A stretch of 62,572 nucleotides of DNA from an uncultured virus (IMG/VR IMGVR_UViG_3300031555_005587) (IMGVR_UViG_3300031555_005587:62001-124572); one strand, 5' to 3'. Positions 10,433-19,831 are shown, numbered from the stretch's first letter. Program-made: numbers and translations. The notes: generated by a model from the letters alone, not told the origin.

Positions 10433-10741
10433 TTATTCTATCTCTTCATTTAATAGGTCTTCTACTTCTTCAGTGCCGGGGAATGCATCAATTGGATCCA
10501 TTTCTGGATTCTCATTTAAGAATTCTTCTTCGTCCATTTCCCTACGTACAATATTAATGATTTCTGCTCCCATTATACCAGCTGTTTCAGAAATCTTTTC
10601 AAATAGTTCACGATCGTCATCATCCAAATCATCATCCTCTAAAATTTCTTTAATATCAATGATGAAAGAATCTAACTTCATAACAGCTTGACGAATAATT
10701 CCTAGTGGTAATTTCATTTTATTTTCATCCATGTTTATCAA
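10433..10741 (-). CDS. Acidic hypothetical protein
   Basis: GGAGG RBS; overlaps the stop of the upstream gene. Confidence 0.7.
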   Translation of the reverse strand: MINMDENKMKLPLGIIRQAVMKLDSFIIDIKEILEDDDLDDDDRELFEKISETAGIMGAEIINIVRREMDEEEFLNENPEMDPIDAFPGTEEVEDLLNEEIE

Positions 10742-11409
10742 CCTCCATATTTCATTTCATAATATTTACTAATACAGTCTGGGTAATTTTTACAACTACT
10801 ACAATTGAATCCAATGATCTTTTCAGATAATTTTCTTGCATCTAAATATTTACAAATATCAGGATATAATTGCATTTGTACAGTTAATTCATCTGGATCT
10901 GGAAGTTTATTCATTAATGATGATATCTTTCCAGAAATTAATTCATCTAAACTCCACGGACAATTGTTTGGAATATATAATACATTGTCTTTCAGATCAG
11001 AATATTCATCTAATAGTTCATTATATTCTTTAATTGCATTCATATAGGATTTTTCAAAATTTTCTTTTAAAAATATAATACAATCGTTCTTATCAAAATT
11101 ACTATAATTCCATTCAGTCTTCTGTCTTAGCTCGTATTGTTTTGTAGTAACCGTCAATCTCCATTCATTATGATTTCTATTATTCGTACAGTATTTTAGT
11201 TTTAATAAATGAAGCATAATGGTTTCTAAAAACGATCTAGCACTTCTCTGTTGTTCTTTTGCTTCTAAGTATAGTTCAGCATCAAATGCTTCAGTCATTG
11301 GTATTCCTTCTTGTATTTGTTGAAGGGCTCTGTTAATCCTGTGTAATTCATCAGTTAATAATACTATTCTGTTTCTTAAATATTCAACATCTTTAGTTGC
11401 ATCATACAT
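10738..11409 (-). CDS. DUF29-like protein with C-terminal Cys cluster
   Basis: LETIMLHLLKLKY, EWRLTV and PNNCPWSLDEL match the DUF29 pattern; CSSCKNYPDC tail. Confidence 0.7.
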   Translation of the reverse strand: MYDATKDVEYLRNRIVLLTDELHRINRALQQIQEGIPMTEAFDAELYLEAKEQQRSARSFLETIMLHLLKLKYCTNNRNHNEWRLTVTTKQYELRQKTEWNYSNFDKNDCIIFLKENFEKSYMNAIKEYNELLDEYSDLKDNVLYIPNNCPWSLDELISGKISSLMNKLPDPDELTVQMQLYPDICKYLDARKLSEKIIGFNCSSCKNYPDCISKYYEMKYGG

Positions 11410-11427
11410 TGTTGTATCCTCCTTTTA

Positions 11428-11456
11428 TTATATATTATTACTATAATAATATATAA
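11428..11456. promoter_or_regulatory. Back-to-back TATATTAT putative early promoters (13-bp inverted repeat)
   Basis: TTATATATTATTA-CTA-TAATAATATATAA between divergent genes. TATATT(A/C)T recurs at 15736, 19059, 27736, 41996, 43580, 47043 (+) and 52126-52133 (-). Confidence 0.65.
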
Positions 11457-11477
11457 AAGAAAGTGAGGTAATAATAT

Positions 11478-13547
11478 ATGGAACGTCCTGAAAATTATTC
11501 ATATTATGTTAATAAAAACAATGGTATTCCATTCAGAGATTGGCCGGATGAATGTAAAAGATATAAAAACTATCAACGTATTATTCGTTTACATCCAGAA
11601 TGGGCTACACTAACAATGGAAGAAATAAAAGTAAAGCAGAAGGAAAATCATCAGAAAGCTGCTGCTAATGCTCGTAAAGTCAATCAGGTTAAATGGAAGA
11701 ATCTTTCTGAAGAAGAGAAGAAGAATATCAATAAGAAGAAAGGTAGTTTCTATCAAAATATGAGTGAAGAGGAAAAGAAAGCTCATAATGAAGTATTACG
11801 AGAACGATCACAAAAGTTCTGGGATGGAATGAGTGATCAAGAACGTAAAGATTTCGGAAAGTACCGATGGGACTTGAAAACAGAAGCAGAAAAGTTGGAG
11901 ATTATCAATCGATTTAATCAAGCTGGTGTTGAACGAATGAAAAATCTTTCTAAAGAAGAAATTGATAGACAAATAGCTGCGATGAATGAAACACGTAAAA
12001 AGAAACTAGAAGAAGATTTAGCATTTAGATTTGATCAGATTGCTTTATTAAGATTTAATAATGAAGAATATTTCAATAGTTTAACTGAAGAAGAACGAAA
12101 AGAACACTATGAAAATATGGTAGCTAAGTCTGTAGCTAAACAGAAAGAAATGTGGGAAAACGATCCTGAATATCGAGAAAAACAAATTGAGAGGTTAATA
12201 GCTATTAGTCCTCTCGGAAGTAGTGTTATTAAGGATAAATGGGAAAATGATCCAGAATTTAGATCTCGTAATCTTGATATTCTTAATAAGGCTAGATATG
12301 AGTTTTGGAAATCATTAGATGCTAAAGAACGTTCTAAAATTCTTACCAGAAATAAATTGAATCAAAGATTTGAAAAACAATTCAACAGTTCCATATTGAG
12401 AAATGATTTTATTATAGAACCTGAATACATTATCAAGAATGATGAAAGTGTTAGTACTAATAAATGGGATTATGCAATATTTGACAAGAATACCAAAGAA
12501 TTAGTACTTTTATTAGATCTAGATGGTAAATTTTATCATGGAGATTCTAATGATTATACAGATATTCATTCTAATGAAGATGTTGATGAAAGAAGAGGTT
12601 ATTTTGTACCATCGGATGTTAAAATTCAGATAATTACAGAAGATAATTTCATAGATGGATTTAAAGAATTAATGAAACAATTATACATGAATTATGATGA
12701 ATATATTGAATCTTTATTTCATCAATATAAGAATATGGCATTCCCATATCCTCATTACACAAATAAAGAACTTATCGATTCTATAAAACAACTTATTCGT
12801 TTTAATCCAGAACATAAATATTTGACATTATCCAGTAGAAATAGAGAGGGTGATCGTTTAATACAACATTTCCACCATTCAATATATCATGCAAAGAAGA
12901 ATGGTAATATCAGTCCATACCAAGCATGGAACGATGATAAATTATTACGTAAATGCATTGAAAATAGAACTCTGTATAGAACGAGTATTGATCCAAATAA
13001 AATACTCCAAGGATTTAATGTTAGTAAGATTGCACCGAAGGTCAGTGTATTCAGTGCAGGTAGAGCAAAGATGATTATTAATAAATATTTATCACAATAT
13101 AATGAAATATTTGATCCATTCAGTGGATTCTCAGGACGTATGTTAGGAGCAATATCATTAGGTAAAAGATACATTGGTCAAGATCTATCAGGAATACATG
13201 TGGAAGAGAGTAATAAGATAATCGATTTTCTGAAAAGAACTATCAATCATTATCCAAATATGATTCTTCCTACAGTAATTCAGAAAGATATATTAAAGTC
13301 TTCAGGAGAATGCCATTCTCTATTCACATGTCCTCCATATTCAGATAAAGAAATATGGCAATGTAATATATGTGATAAGAGGACATGTGATGATTGGATA
13401 GACGAATGTCTATCTAGATTTAAATGTGAACGATATGTATTTATAGTAGATAATACTGTAAAGTATAAGGAATATATTGTAGATGAAATTGTAAACAAAT
13501 CACATCTTGGAAAAAATAATGAATATGTAATAGTTATTGATAGATAG
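11478..13547 (+). CDS. Fusion protein: helical repeats + Vsr/PD-(D/E)xK-like endonuclease + amino-DNA methyltransferase
   Basis: WENDPE repeats; KWDYAIF...LDLDGKFYHG; SAM-binding IFDPFSGFSGRMLGA; YIGQD; motif IV-like FTCPPY. Confidence 0.75.
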   Translation: MERPENYSYYVNKNNGIPFRDWPDECKRYKNYQRIIRLHPEWATLTMEEIKVKQKENHQKAAANARKVNQVKWKNLSEEEKKNINKKKGSFYQNMSEEEKKAHNEVLRERSQKFWDGMSDQERKDFGKYRWDLKTEAEKLEIINRFNQAGVERMKNLSKEEIDRQIAAMNETRKKKLEEDLAFRFDQIALLRFNNEEYFNSLTEEERKEHYENMVAKSVAKQKEMWENDPEYREKQIERLIAISPLGSSVIKDKWENDPEFRSRNLDILNKARYEFWKSLDAKERSKILTRNKLNQRFEKQFNSSILRNDFIIEPEYIIKNDESVSTNKWDYAIFDKNTKELVLLLDLDGKFYHGDSNDYTDIHSNEDVDERRGYFVPSDVKIQIITEDNFIDGFKELMKQLYMNYDEYIESLFHQYKNMAFPYPHYTNKELIDSIKQLIRFNPEHKYLTLSSRNREGDRLIQHFHHSIYHAKKNGNISPYQAWNDDKLLRKCIENRTLYRTSIDPNKILQGFNVSKIAPKVSVFSAGRAKMIINKYLSQYNEIFDPFSGFSGRMLGAISLGKRYIGQDLSGIHVEESNKIIDFLKRTINHYPNMILPTVIQKDILKSSGECHSLFTCPPYSDKEIWQCNICDKRTCDDWIDECLSRFKCERYVFIVDNTVKYKEYIVDEIVNKSHLGKNNEYVIVIDR

Positions 13548-13570
13548 GGAAGCAACTGCTTCCCTATCTA
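13541..13570. terminator. Bidirectional terminator
   Basis: TAGATAGGGAAGCA-AC-TGCTTCCCTATCTA between convergent genes. Confidence 0.8.
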
Positions 13571-13575
13571 TATTT

Positions 13576-15489
13576 TTACAAATCTACTACTTTAAATGAT
13601 TTTGATTTTTTTCTTAATATATCAGCACGTGCATTGGCCCATGCTCGTAATTGTTTTATATCAGCATCAGCAAAATCCCACATGTAGGTATCCTTGCCAT
13701 CCGGACGTCTTCTAAGTCTGCCAGAAATTTGATCCGCCAAAATCCATGATTTATACTGATCACATACTATGAGTTTTGCTAGGTCTTTAACGTCAAAACC
13801 AGTTCCACAAGATTTAATAGTACTAATAATGATATCACATTCAGCTTTCACCCGATCATTTTCAGTTTTGCTATTATAAGAATTAATAGTACCTATCTTC
13901 TTATCTGGAAACATTTTTTCAACGTATGATGCTAATACTGCACATGCATTAATTGTAGCCGCTAATATTAATGTACGACCATATTTAACTTCTTTCTCAG
14001 CTGATTCAACTACCTTTAGTACATTCTTCAAGAATTTAGTCATTGTACCATCAGAAGGAATTACTAATTCAGTATAAGCAGGAATACTGATACCATATCT
14101 AATCCATTTTCCTTCACGTTCAGAATATCTCATGGAAGAAGTAACTTCTTTGATTTCTTCTTTTGATAATCCTGAATGTGTCCACATCATTTTTACATGC
14201 ATATGAGGTTTCATTCCATATACATTACCAGGTTTTCTATTGAATAATGTAGGTTTCTTTTCCTCTTCTCTGAATATAGCTAAATCTCCGAACATTTCTT
14301 GATATATTGCATTTTCTGTATCTCCAGATCTGCCAAAAGTACCTGTCAAATACCAGTTATTAGCAATATTGGAATTAGCATCTACATTGATAATATTCTT
14401 AAACCACATCTGTACTTCATCAATGACTTTGATACCGAATTTATTATTCTGCATAATCTTTTCCAGATTATAAGTCTTATTTAATACATTTAAAGAAGCT
14501 TGGCTAATTACAACAAAGTCTTCTTTTACATTAATGAAGTCTTTTGGTTTACTAACAACCTTTACTTTTTCCGGTGGTACATTAAACATATCGGTGAGTG
14601 TTTCACCCCATTGTTTTTTGATACCACTAGTAGGAACAATTATCAATGTACGCAAACCTACCTTAATAGCAGAATAACAAGCCATGAACGTATTATGAGT
14701 AATAATATTATCTTCTGTTACATATAGATTATATTTATCATTTACCATTATACATTTAGCTTCTTCTCTATGAGAAAATTCAATTTTTTCAATCTTTAAC
14801 ATTTTATATGTGGAAAAAGAATTGTCAATAAATGAAGGAACAAAATATTCTATATTGGAAGATTGCAAATTCAACATTAATTCTTCCAATGTTAGAGTTA
14901 CTAAATTATTGAAGACCAATTCATTTATTGTATCAACTGACCATAAATGTTTAAGACCGCACAATGCAGTTCTTCCATCATCAAATGTAATTTTATAAAT
15001 ATCTTTCTCACCTTGTGGGTATACAGCCGTAACAGAAATCTGGCTACCGTCATGCCCAAAAATTACATCTCCAACTTTAATATTTCCCATTAATATCCCC
15101 CCACGTGGTGATGGTATTAATGTGGAAATTGGTTGTTCTTTGCCGGTTCCAGGTGATAAAATCCCTGCAAGTTTCTGTTTCTTACTGGAGTTTTCTAATA
15201 CGAAATTAATAAAATCAATCTGTAACTGATTTCGTGGTTGTGCATTATGTTGTACAGGTTGAATACGTGCATAATCCCAATGTTCTTTAGATTTATCAAT
15301 CCATTTTGCATCTTTAAATAACTTACGTATTGTCTGTTCCATACCAGTAGGCATTCCGATTACATTATAATCAGCGTCATAATACATAAATACATTATCT
15401 AAACTAGCAACAAGATCTTCTAATTTTCTATGTTCTAAAGGGGTGTATTCAGTAAAAAGTAATCTAGTTCTCTCTTTCGTTATAATCAT
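13576..15489 (-). CDS. Superfamily 2 (UvsW-like) helicase containing a mini-intein
   Basis: SPGTGK[intein]TFMA, LIIVPT, VIDEVQ, LTGT, GTGFDV, QISGRLRR. Confidence 0.9.
   Translation of the reverse strand: MIITKERTRLLFTEYTPLEHRKLEDLVASLDNVFMYYDADYNVIGMPTGMEQTIRKLFKDAKWIDKSKEHWDYARIQPVQHNAQPRNQLQIDFINFVLENSSKKQKLAGILSPGTGKEQPISTLIPSPRGGILMGNIKVGDVIFGHDGSQISVTAVYPQGEKDIYKITFDDGRTALCGLKHLWSVDTINELVFNNLVTLTLEELMLNLQSSNIEYFVPSFIDNSFSTYKMLKIEKIEFSHREEAKCIMVNDKYNLYVTEDNIITHNTFMACYSAIKVGLRTLIIVPTSGIKKQWGETLTDMFNVPPEKVKVVSKPKDFINVKEDFVVISQASLNVLNKTYNLEKIMQNNKFGIKVIDEVQMWFKNIINVDANSNIANNWYLTGTFGRSGDTENAIYQEMFGDLAIFREEEKKPTLFNRKPGNVYGMKPHMHVKMMWTHSGLSKEEIKEVTSSMRYSEREGKWIRYGISIPAYTELVIPSDGTMTKFLKNVLKVVESAEKEVKYGRTLILAATINACAVLASYVEKMFPDKKIGTINSYNSKTENDRVKAECDIIISTIKSCGTGFDVKDLAKLIVCDQYKSWILADQISGRLRRRPDGKDTYMWDFADADIKQLRAWANARADILRKKSKSFKVVDL
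14692..15138 (-). mobile_element. Class 3 mini-intein (149 aa) in the Walker A motif
   Basis: Begins EQP after GTGK; block B HLW; block F KCIMV; ends ITHN before Thr; no endonuclease domain. Confidence 0.88.
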
Positions 15490-15544
15490 ATTTATTCACC
15501 TCATTTTTCATATCCATAATTGTTATTATGTCGTTGAAATAAAT

Positions 15545-15584
15545 GAATAATAAGAGTGGGCTTCCGCACCCACTCTTATTATTC
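15545..15584. terminator. Strong hairpin (terminator-like) in divergent intergenic region
   Basis: GAATAATAAGAGTGGG / CCCACTCTTATTATTC. Confidence 0.6.
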
Positions 15585-15814
15585 CAGAAGAAAGATTAGG
15601 ATTTTTACATGACCAGTATAACGAAAAGTAAGGCAAACGAAGACATCCAGAAGATAAAACAATATTAACGAAAAGAAGGAATGAAGAACATTAATTCGTT
15701 TCATCCAAGGATTAATTATTTGTAATATGGAATTATATATTATTAATATAATAAGAGTCACCGCTAAATAATTTAGTTTTAAAGAATATTTAAAAGAAAG
15801 GATGTATATCATTT

Positions 15815-17809
15815 ATGGAAAAATATCGAGATATAAAAATTAATAATTCTTTAGATGCTGCTGTAAAAGATGGTAAATGGAAAGATCCAGGAGCATCATT
15901 ATATAGTAAACTTATTAATGCATCACATTATGACGGAAAGATGCCAGAAGATAGTAAAGAATTAGATGATATGATTAAAAAGAAGAAAGTTACTGGATTA
16001 GAAGATTATTTACAGGAAGCGTATCTTGTAGTTGAGAATAATAAAATTGTAAATAATCCATATGGTATTACTTCATTTAATCGTAGTGGATGTAAATATC
16101 CTCATCACGTATTACGTGGAAATGATAAAGATGGATGGGAATTAGTAGTATCTATTCCAGGATTGAAGGCTGCATATACTCGTGCTAAACAACAGGGAAT
16201 TTTCTCTGGTAAAGTAAAAGAACACTTGGAAAGACATTATAAAGAATTAGGCTTATATGAAGATTCTACTATGAATGCTGATAAAAAGATTCATGAGAAT
16301 TTTGAATTTATTGAATCTACTATCAATGATTCTTTGGGTGTTGATTTATTTGAGGAAAATGTTGGTTTAGAAATAAATGAAAATGGCATTGGAAGTATAG
16401 ATGAATCATTTGCGTGGATGGAAAATTTTTTAAGTGCTAAAAAATATGATTCATTTGTGGCAGCTAATCTGAATTCAGTACTACTAAATAGAACTCCAGA
16501 AGAATTACTTAGATGGATGAATTGTATTTCGTATGGATGGTATTCGTATGAAGATCAATCATTTCATGGTACTGATGACGATGATCCTACAGATTACTTC
16601 TACAAATATTATCGTTTACAAACTCCGGAAGAACTAGTAAGACGACAGATTGGTGTATGTTGGGATTGTACCGAATTAGAAAGAGAATGGTTTGAAAAAC
16701 ACAATTATCAGTTTGGAATTTTCTATTTAGAAATTGATAATAGACAAGAGTGTCCATCTCATACTTTCTTAGTATATAGAGAAAACAATCGATATTACTG
16801 GTTTGAACATTCCTGGTATGATTATCGTGGTATTCATGGATATGTAAGATTACAGGATCTATTATATGATGTAATCACTAAACATCAAAAAGCTAATCGA
16901 GATGATAGATCTCCTGTTATTATTACATTGATGAAAGATCAACCTAAAACAAATGCAACGTGTCAAGAATTTATTGACCATGCTCACTCCCAGCAAAGAT
17001 TCTATATTAATACATTACCAACATCATTAATTGATGAATCTATTAATTTATTAAATGAAAATATAGAAAATAACGATAAAATTGAATATGTTCCAGTATT
17101 TGGTGTTGCTTGTAAATATACCAATTCTAAAATCAGAAATGATGGAACCCCAAAAGATGAAAAAGACATGGAGTATGTGAAATTTAGTAAAAATATTAAA
17201 TTAAGTACTCTTGGTGATAACTATTCTCATGCGTTGATTTCTTTAGATGACTCATTCACAAAAATGTATTCTATCGATGATGATGGATTTTGTATAGATA
17301 ATATTCAAGAGAATAAACTCTGGCTAAGTACTGAAAGTATATATATTTGCGTAATGTTTTTGAAAAAAGAAGATGTCGAGCAAATGCAAAAGTTTGCTGA
17401 TTATTTGACTACGCATAAGGATGAAACATTATATGCGTATGATAACCTGTTGAAACTAGCTATAGCTAAACCATCTAAAGTTGATAAAAGATTCATTTGT
17501 AGTTCAATTACTGGATATCTATTGAATTTATCCAATCCTAAGAATTTACATCGTGATTATTCAAGATTACGTCCAGAAGATATAACAATTCTACCAAGAG
17601 CATTCTATGTAATGAATGTGAAGGATAAATTTGAGTTTAATCAACGTTATGTAGAATTGAAACAAAAAGTCGAGAGTATTTATAAAGATCATTATAATGA
17701 AATTGATGATTATAATAATCAGCTTCCTAAAATCATGCTTCAAGACAGGGTTGATGAATTGAAAACATTTGATAAAATATTCAGTTGGGTAATAGCTAAG
17801 GTATTATAA
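15815..17809 (+). CDS. Multidomain head protein: N-terminal domain + transglutaminase-like domain + permuted papain-like domain
   Basis: GVCWDCTE...SHTFLVY...YWFE (Cys-His-acid order); GDNYSHA...RFICSS; E-rich linkers (FIES, IDES, LNEN). Confidence 0.72.
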   Translation: MEKYRDIKINNSLDAAVKDGKWKDPGASLYSKLINASHYDGKMPEDSKELDDMIKKKKVTGLEDYLQEAYLVVENNKIVNNPYGITSFNRSGCKYPHHVLRGNDKDGWELVVSIPGLKAAYTRAKQQGIFSGKVKEHLERHYKELGLYEDSTMNADKKIHENFEFIESTINDSLGVDLFEENVGLEINENGIGSIDESFAWMENFLSAKKYDSFVAANLNSVLLNRTPEELLRWMNCISYGWYSYEDQSFHGTDDDDPTDYFYKYYRLQTPEELVRRQIGVCWDCTELEREWFEKHNYQFGIFYLEIDNRQECPSHTFLVYRENNRYYWFEHSWYDYRGIHGYVRLQDLLYDVITKHQKANRDDRSPVIITLMKDQPKTNATCQEFIDHAHSQQRFYINTLPTSLIDESINLLNENIENNDKIEYVPVFGVACKYTNSKIRNDGTPKDEKDMEYVKFSKNIKLSTLGDNYSHALISLDDSFTKMYSIDDDGFCIDNIQENKLWLSTESIYICVMFLKKEDVEQMQKFADYLTTHKDETLYAYDNLLKLAIAKPSKVDKRFICSSITGYLLNLSNPKNLHRDYSRLRPEDITILPRAFYVMNVKDKFEFNQRYVELKQKVESIYKDHYNEIDDYNNQLPKIMLQDRVDELKTFDKIFSWVIAKVL

Positions 17810-18427
17810 TCAAGAGAGGAGTGATAAAATATGAATGAATTTGAAAATCTCAATTTATTTATGGAATCAAACGAAAATATTGGAATTCTTTTTAACAGTT
17901 ATAAAGAACGTCAAGTTTCAATAAAAAACTTTCTTGGTCTGGTTGAAGAAAAAATCTCCATTCTTTTAAAGGATCCAGTATCAACAAATATCAATATTGA
18001 TAATGACATTGAAAATTTTAAATTATCTATGAAGGATGAACTCGTACCAGAACCTATCAATATCAATGATATTTCAGTTCTTAAAAAAGATATTCAAAAA
18101 TATCGTTCTGAAATCGATGTGATATTGCGAAAGTTTTCTGGTTTAAAAAAGAAAATTTCATTCGGAGGTAACTGGTATAGGTTTGCAATTAATCGACCTA
18201 AAGTTTATTTGAAAGATATTGATAATGACAATCATAGTCAAATTAATGATAACATCAGACGTATCAATAGAGCTCTTGACTGGATTGAAAATTCTTTAAT
18301 CAGTTTATATAACCTCATTGATCAAGATTTGAATATACTTAACGTAGTCAATATTGTTTATAACAAACATCATATTTACGAATCTGCCTCTATTGATGAA
18401 TTTGATTTATTAAATGAAAATATAGAA
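17046..18427 (+). mobile_element. Gene-splitting cassette copy 2, flanked by 23-bp direct repeats
   Basis: ATTTATTAAATGAAAATATAGAA at 17046-17068 and 18405-18427 brackets the region homologous to ~5008..6329. Confidence 0.6.
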
Positions 18428-18994
18428 GAATCTAAAGAAGAAGTTCCAGAACCTCCATCAATTGAAGATAAACCTGAAGAGGAACCTAAAAAGGAATCTC
18501 TTCCAAAGCAAACGGATAAAGCTGAATCAAATAAGAATGGTGTTAGAAGAAAGCAACTTTATATTGCATTCATTGAATGGTGTAAAGAATATAATTCTAA
18601 AAATACATTTGGTTCTATATTCGATAAAGATGCTTTTAATGTTTCATATCCATTCGTTCCTCATGAGATGAGATATTTTTATCGATTGGCAAATCCGATG
18701 CTTTGTGTATTATCTGGAGATTTAACTTTCTTCCCAGTTGCAGAATTACGTAAGCTGAACTCAAAGAATTCTAAATTACAAGAGATGATGATCTTTGCTG
18801 CAACACCAAATGATTTCCGTGTATTCAATAATAAAGATAAAAAAGTATATCGAGGAACAGATGAGAATGGTGCAATTAAATTACAGGAAGAATTAGGACC
18901 TACATTTGATCTATATATTCAAAATATGATCAAGAAAGGTGATATTCTAAATGCTCCATTAGAAGATAAACAAGACAATATGCAAACTGAATAG
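17831..18994 (+). CDS. Head protein; N-terminus is cassette domain B
   Basis: LFMESNEN...ISFGGN...RPKVY...DQDLNIL...HIYES shared with 2465..5572; unrelated C-terminal domain. Confidence 0.72.
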   Translation: MNEFENLNLFMESNENIGILFNSYKERQVSIKNFLGLVEEKISILLKDPVSTNINIDNDIENFKLSMKDELVPEPININDISVLKKDIQKYRSEIDVILRKFSGLKKKISFGGNWYRFAINRPKVYLKDIDNDNHSQINDNIRRINRALDWIENSLISLYNLIDQDLNILNVVNIVYNKHHIYESASIDEFDLLNENIEESKEEVPEPPSIEDKPEEEPKKESLPKQTDKAESNKNGVRRKQLYIAFIEWCKEYNSKNTFGSIFDKDAFNVSYPFVPHEMRYFYRLANPMLCVLSGDLTFFPVAELRKLNSKNSKLQEMMIFAATPNDFRVFNNKDKKVYRGTDENGAIKLQEELGPTFDLYIQNMIKKGDILNAPLEDKQDNMQTE

Positions 18995-18998
18995 ATTA

Positions 18999-19027
18999 AT
19001 AGGTGGAGGGATTATCCCTCCACCTAT
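18999..19027 (+). terminator. Intrinsic terminator
   Basis: ATAGGTGGAGGGAT-T-ATCCCTCCACCTAT followed by a T tract. Confidence 0.8.
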
Positions 19028-19118
19028 ATTTTTGTAGTATATACAAAGTCATGATTTATATATTCTTATTATAGATCAATATGAAAATATTGATATTTAA
19101 TAAATTTAAAGGAGGGAT

Positions 19119-19196
19119 ATGACCATGGAAGAAATGAATTATGAAACAGGAGATCGTTCTCTAAATGATACTGATATTGAAATTGAAGAAGAATAA
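19119..19196 (+). CDS. 25-aa acidic peptide
   Basis: AAAGGAGGG RBS; MTMEEMNYETGDRSLNDTDIEIEEE; first ORF after a TATATTCT motif. Confidence 0.5.
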   Translation: MTMEEMNYETGDRSLNDTDIEIEEE

Positions 19197-19216
19197 GAGA
19201 AAGGAGATAATGATTT

Positions 19217-19827
19217 ATGAGAGAACAGCTAAAATATAAACCTGGTGATTTAGTTAGTATCTCTAAAGGAGAATATCGAGGTAAATATGCACATGTGGAA
19301 GGTATACGTTTAAATATTCCAGATGAACGTGGAAACTATCCAGTTCATTATGTATTAAAACTTTTTGATGATGAAAATCAAGCTGAAATATTTCTTACAG
19401 AAAATTTTATCACTTATGAAGGACATTTCAGAAGTCTATATGAAATGGCTGGTAGGCTTCCAGGTGAGATTAAAGTTGATAAACGTCATAAAGTAATCGT
19501 TGCTGTAGGTGCTGATGAAAATATGGGTGAGAAACATTTTCATGTATTTCGTAACGATATAGACAGAATAAAATGGCGTAACAGTGCATGTTTGCTATTT
19601 GAAGAAAATCGATACTTTGATCACTCTAGACATTCAGAGGTATTAACAAAAGATGAACTACAAGCATTGGTTGATCATTTAAAGAAAAACATATCAAACA
19701 TAATATGACAAATTGGGAATATTTGATAACATTATGGAATGATAATAACGAAAACTTTAAAATTCCGGAGGATTTAGAAATGCCGGAATATAATTATAAA
19801 ACTATCAAAAGATATAGGGAGGAATAG
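19217..19827 (+). CDS. Hypothetical protein (KOW-like N-terminus, HFH motif) continuing in the -1 frame at ~19680
   Basis: 0 frame stops at 19708. The -1 frame from TTTAAAG (19678-19684) reads ...MTNWEYLITLWNDNN...MPEYNY to TAG 19827, 4 nt before the next gene. Confidence 0.6.
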
Positions 19828-19831
19828 AATT

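Noticed and set aside
15579..15812. 77-aa minus-strand ORF
   Set aside because: AT-rich intergenic/promoter DNA with no RBS; overlaps regulatory motifs
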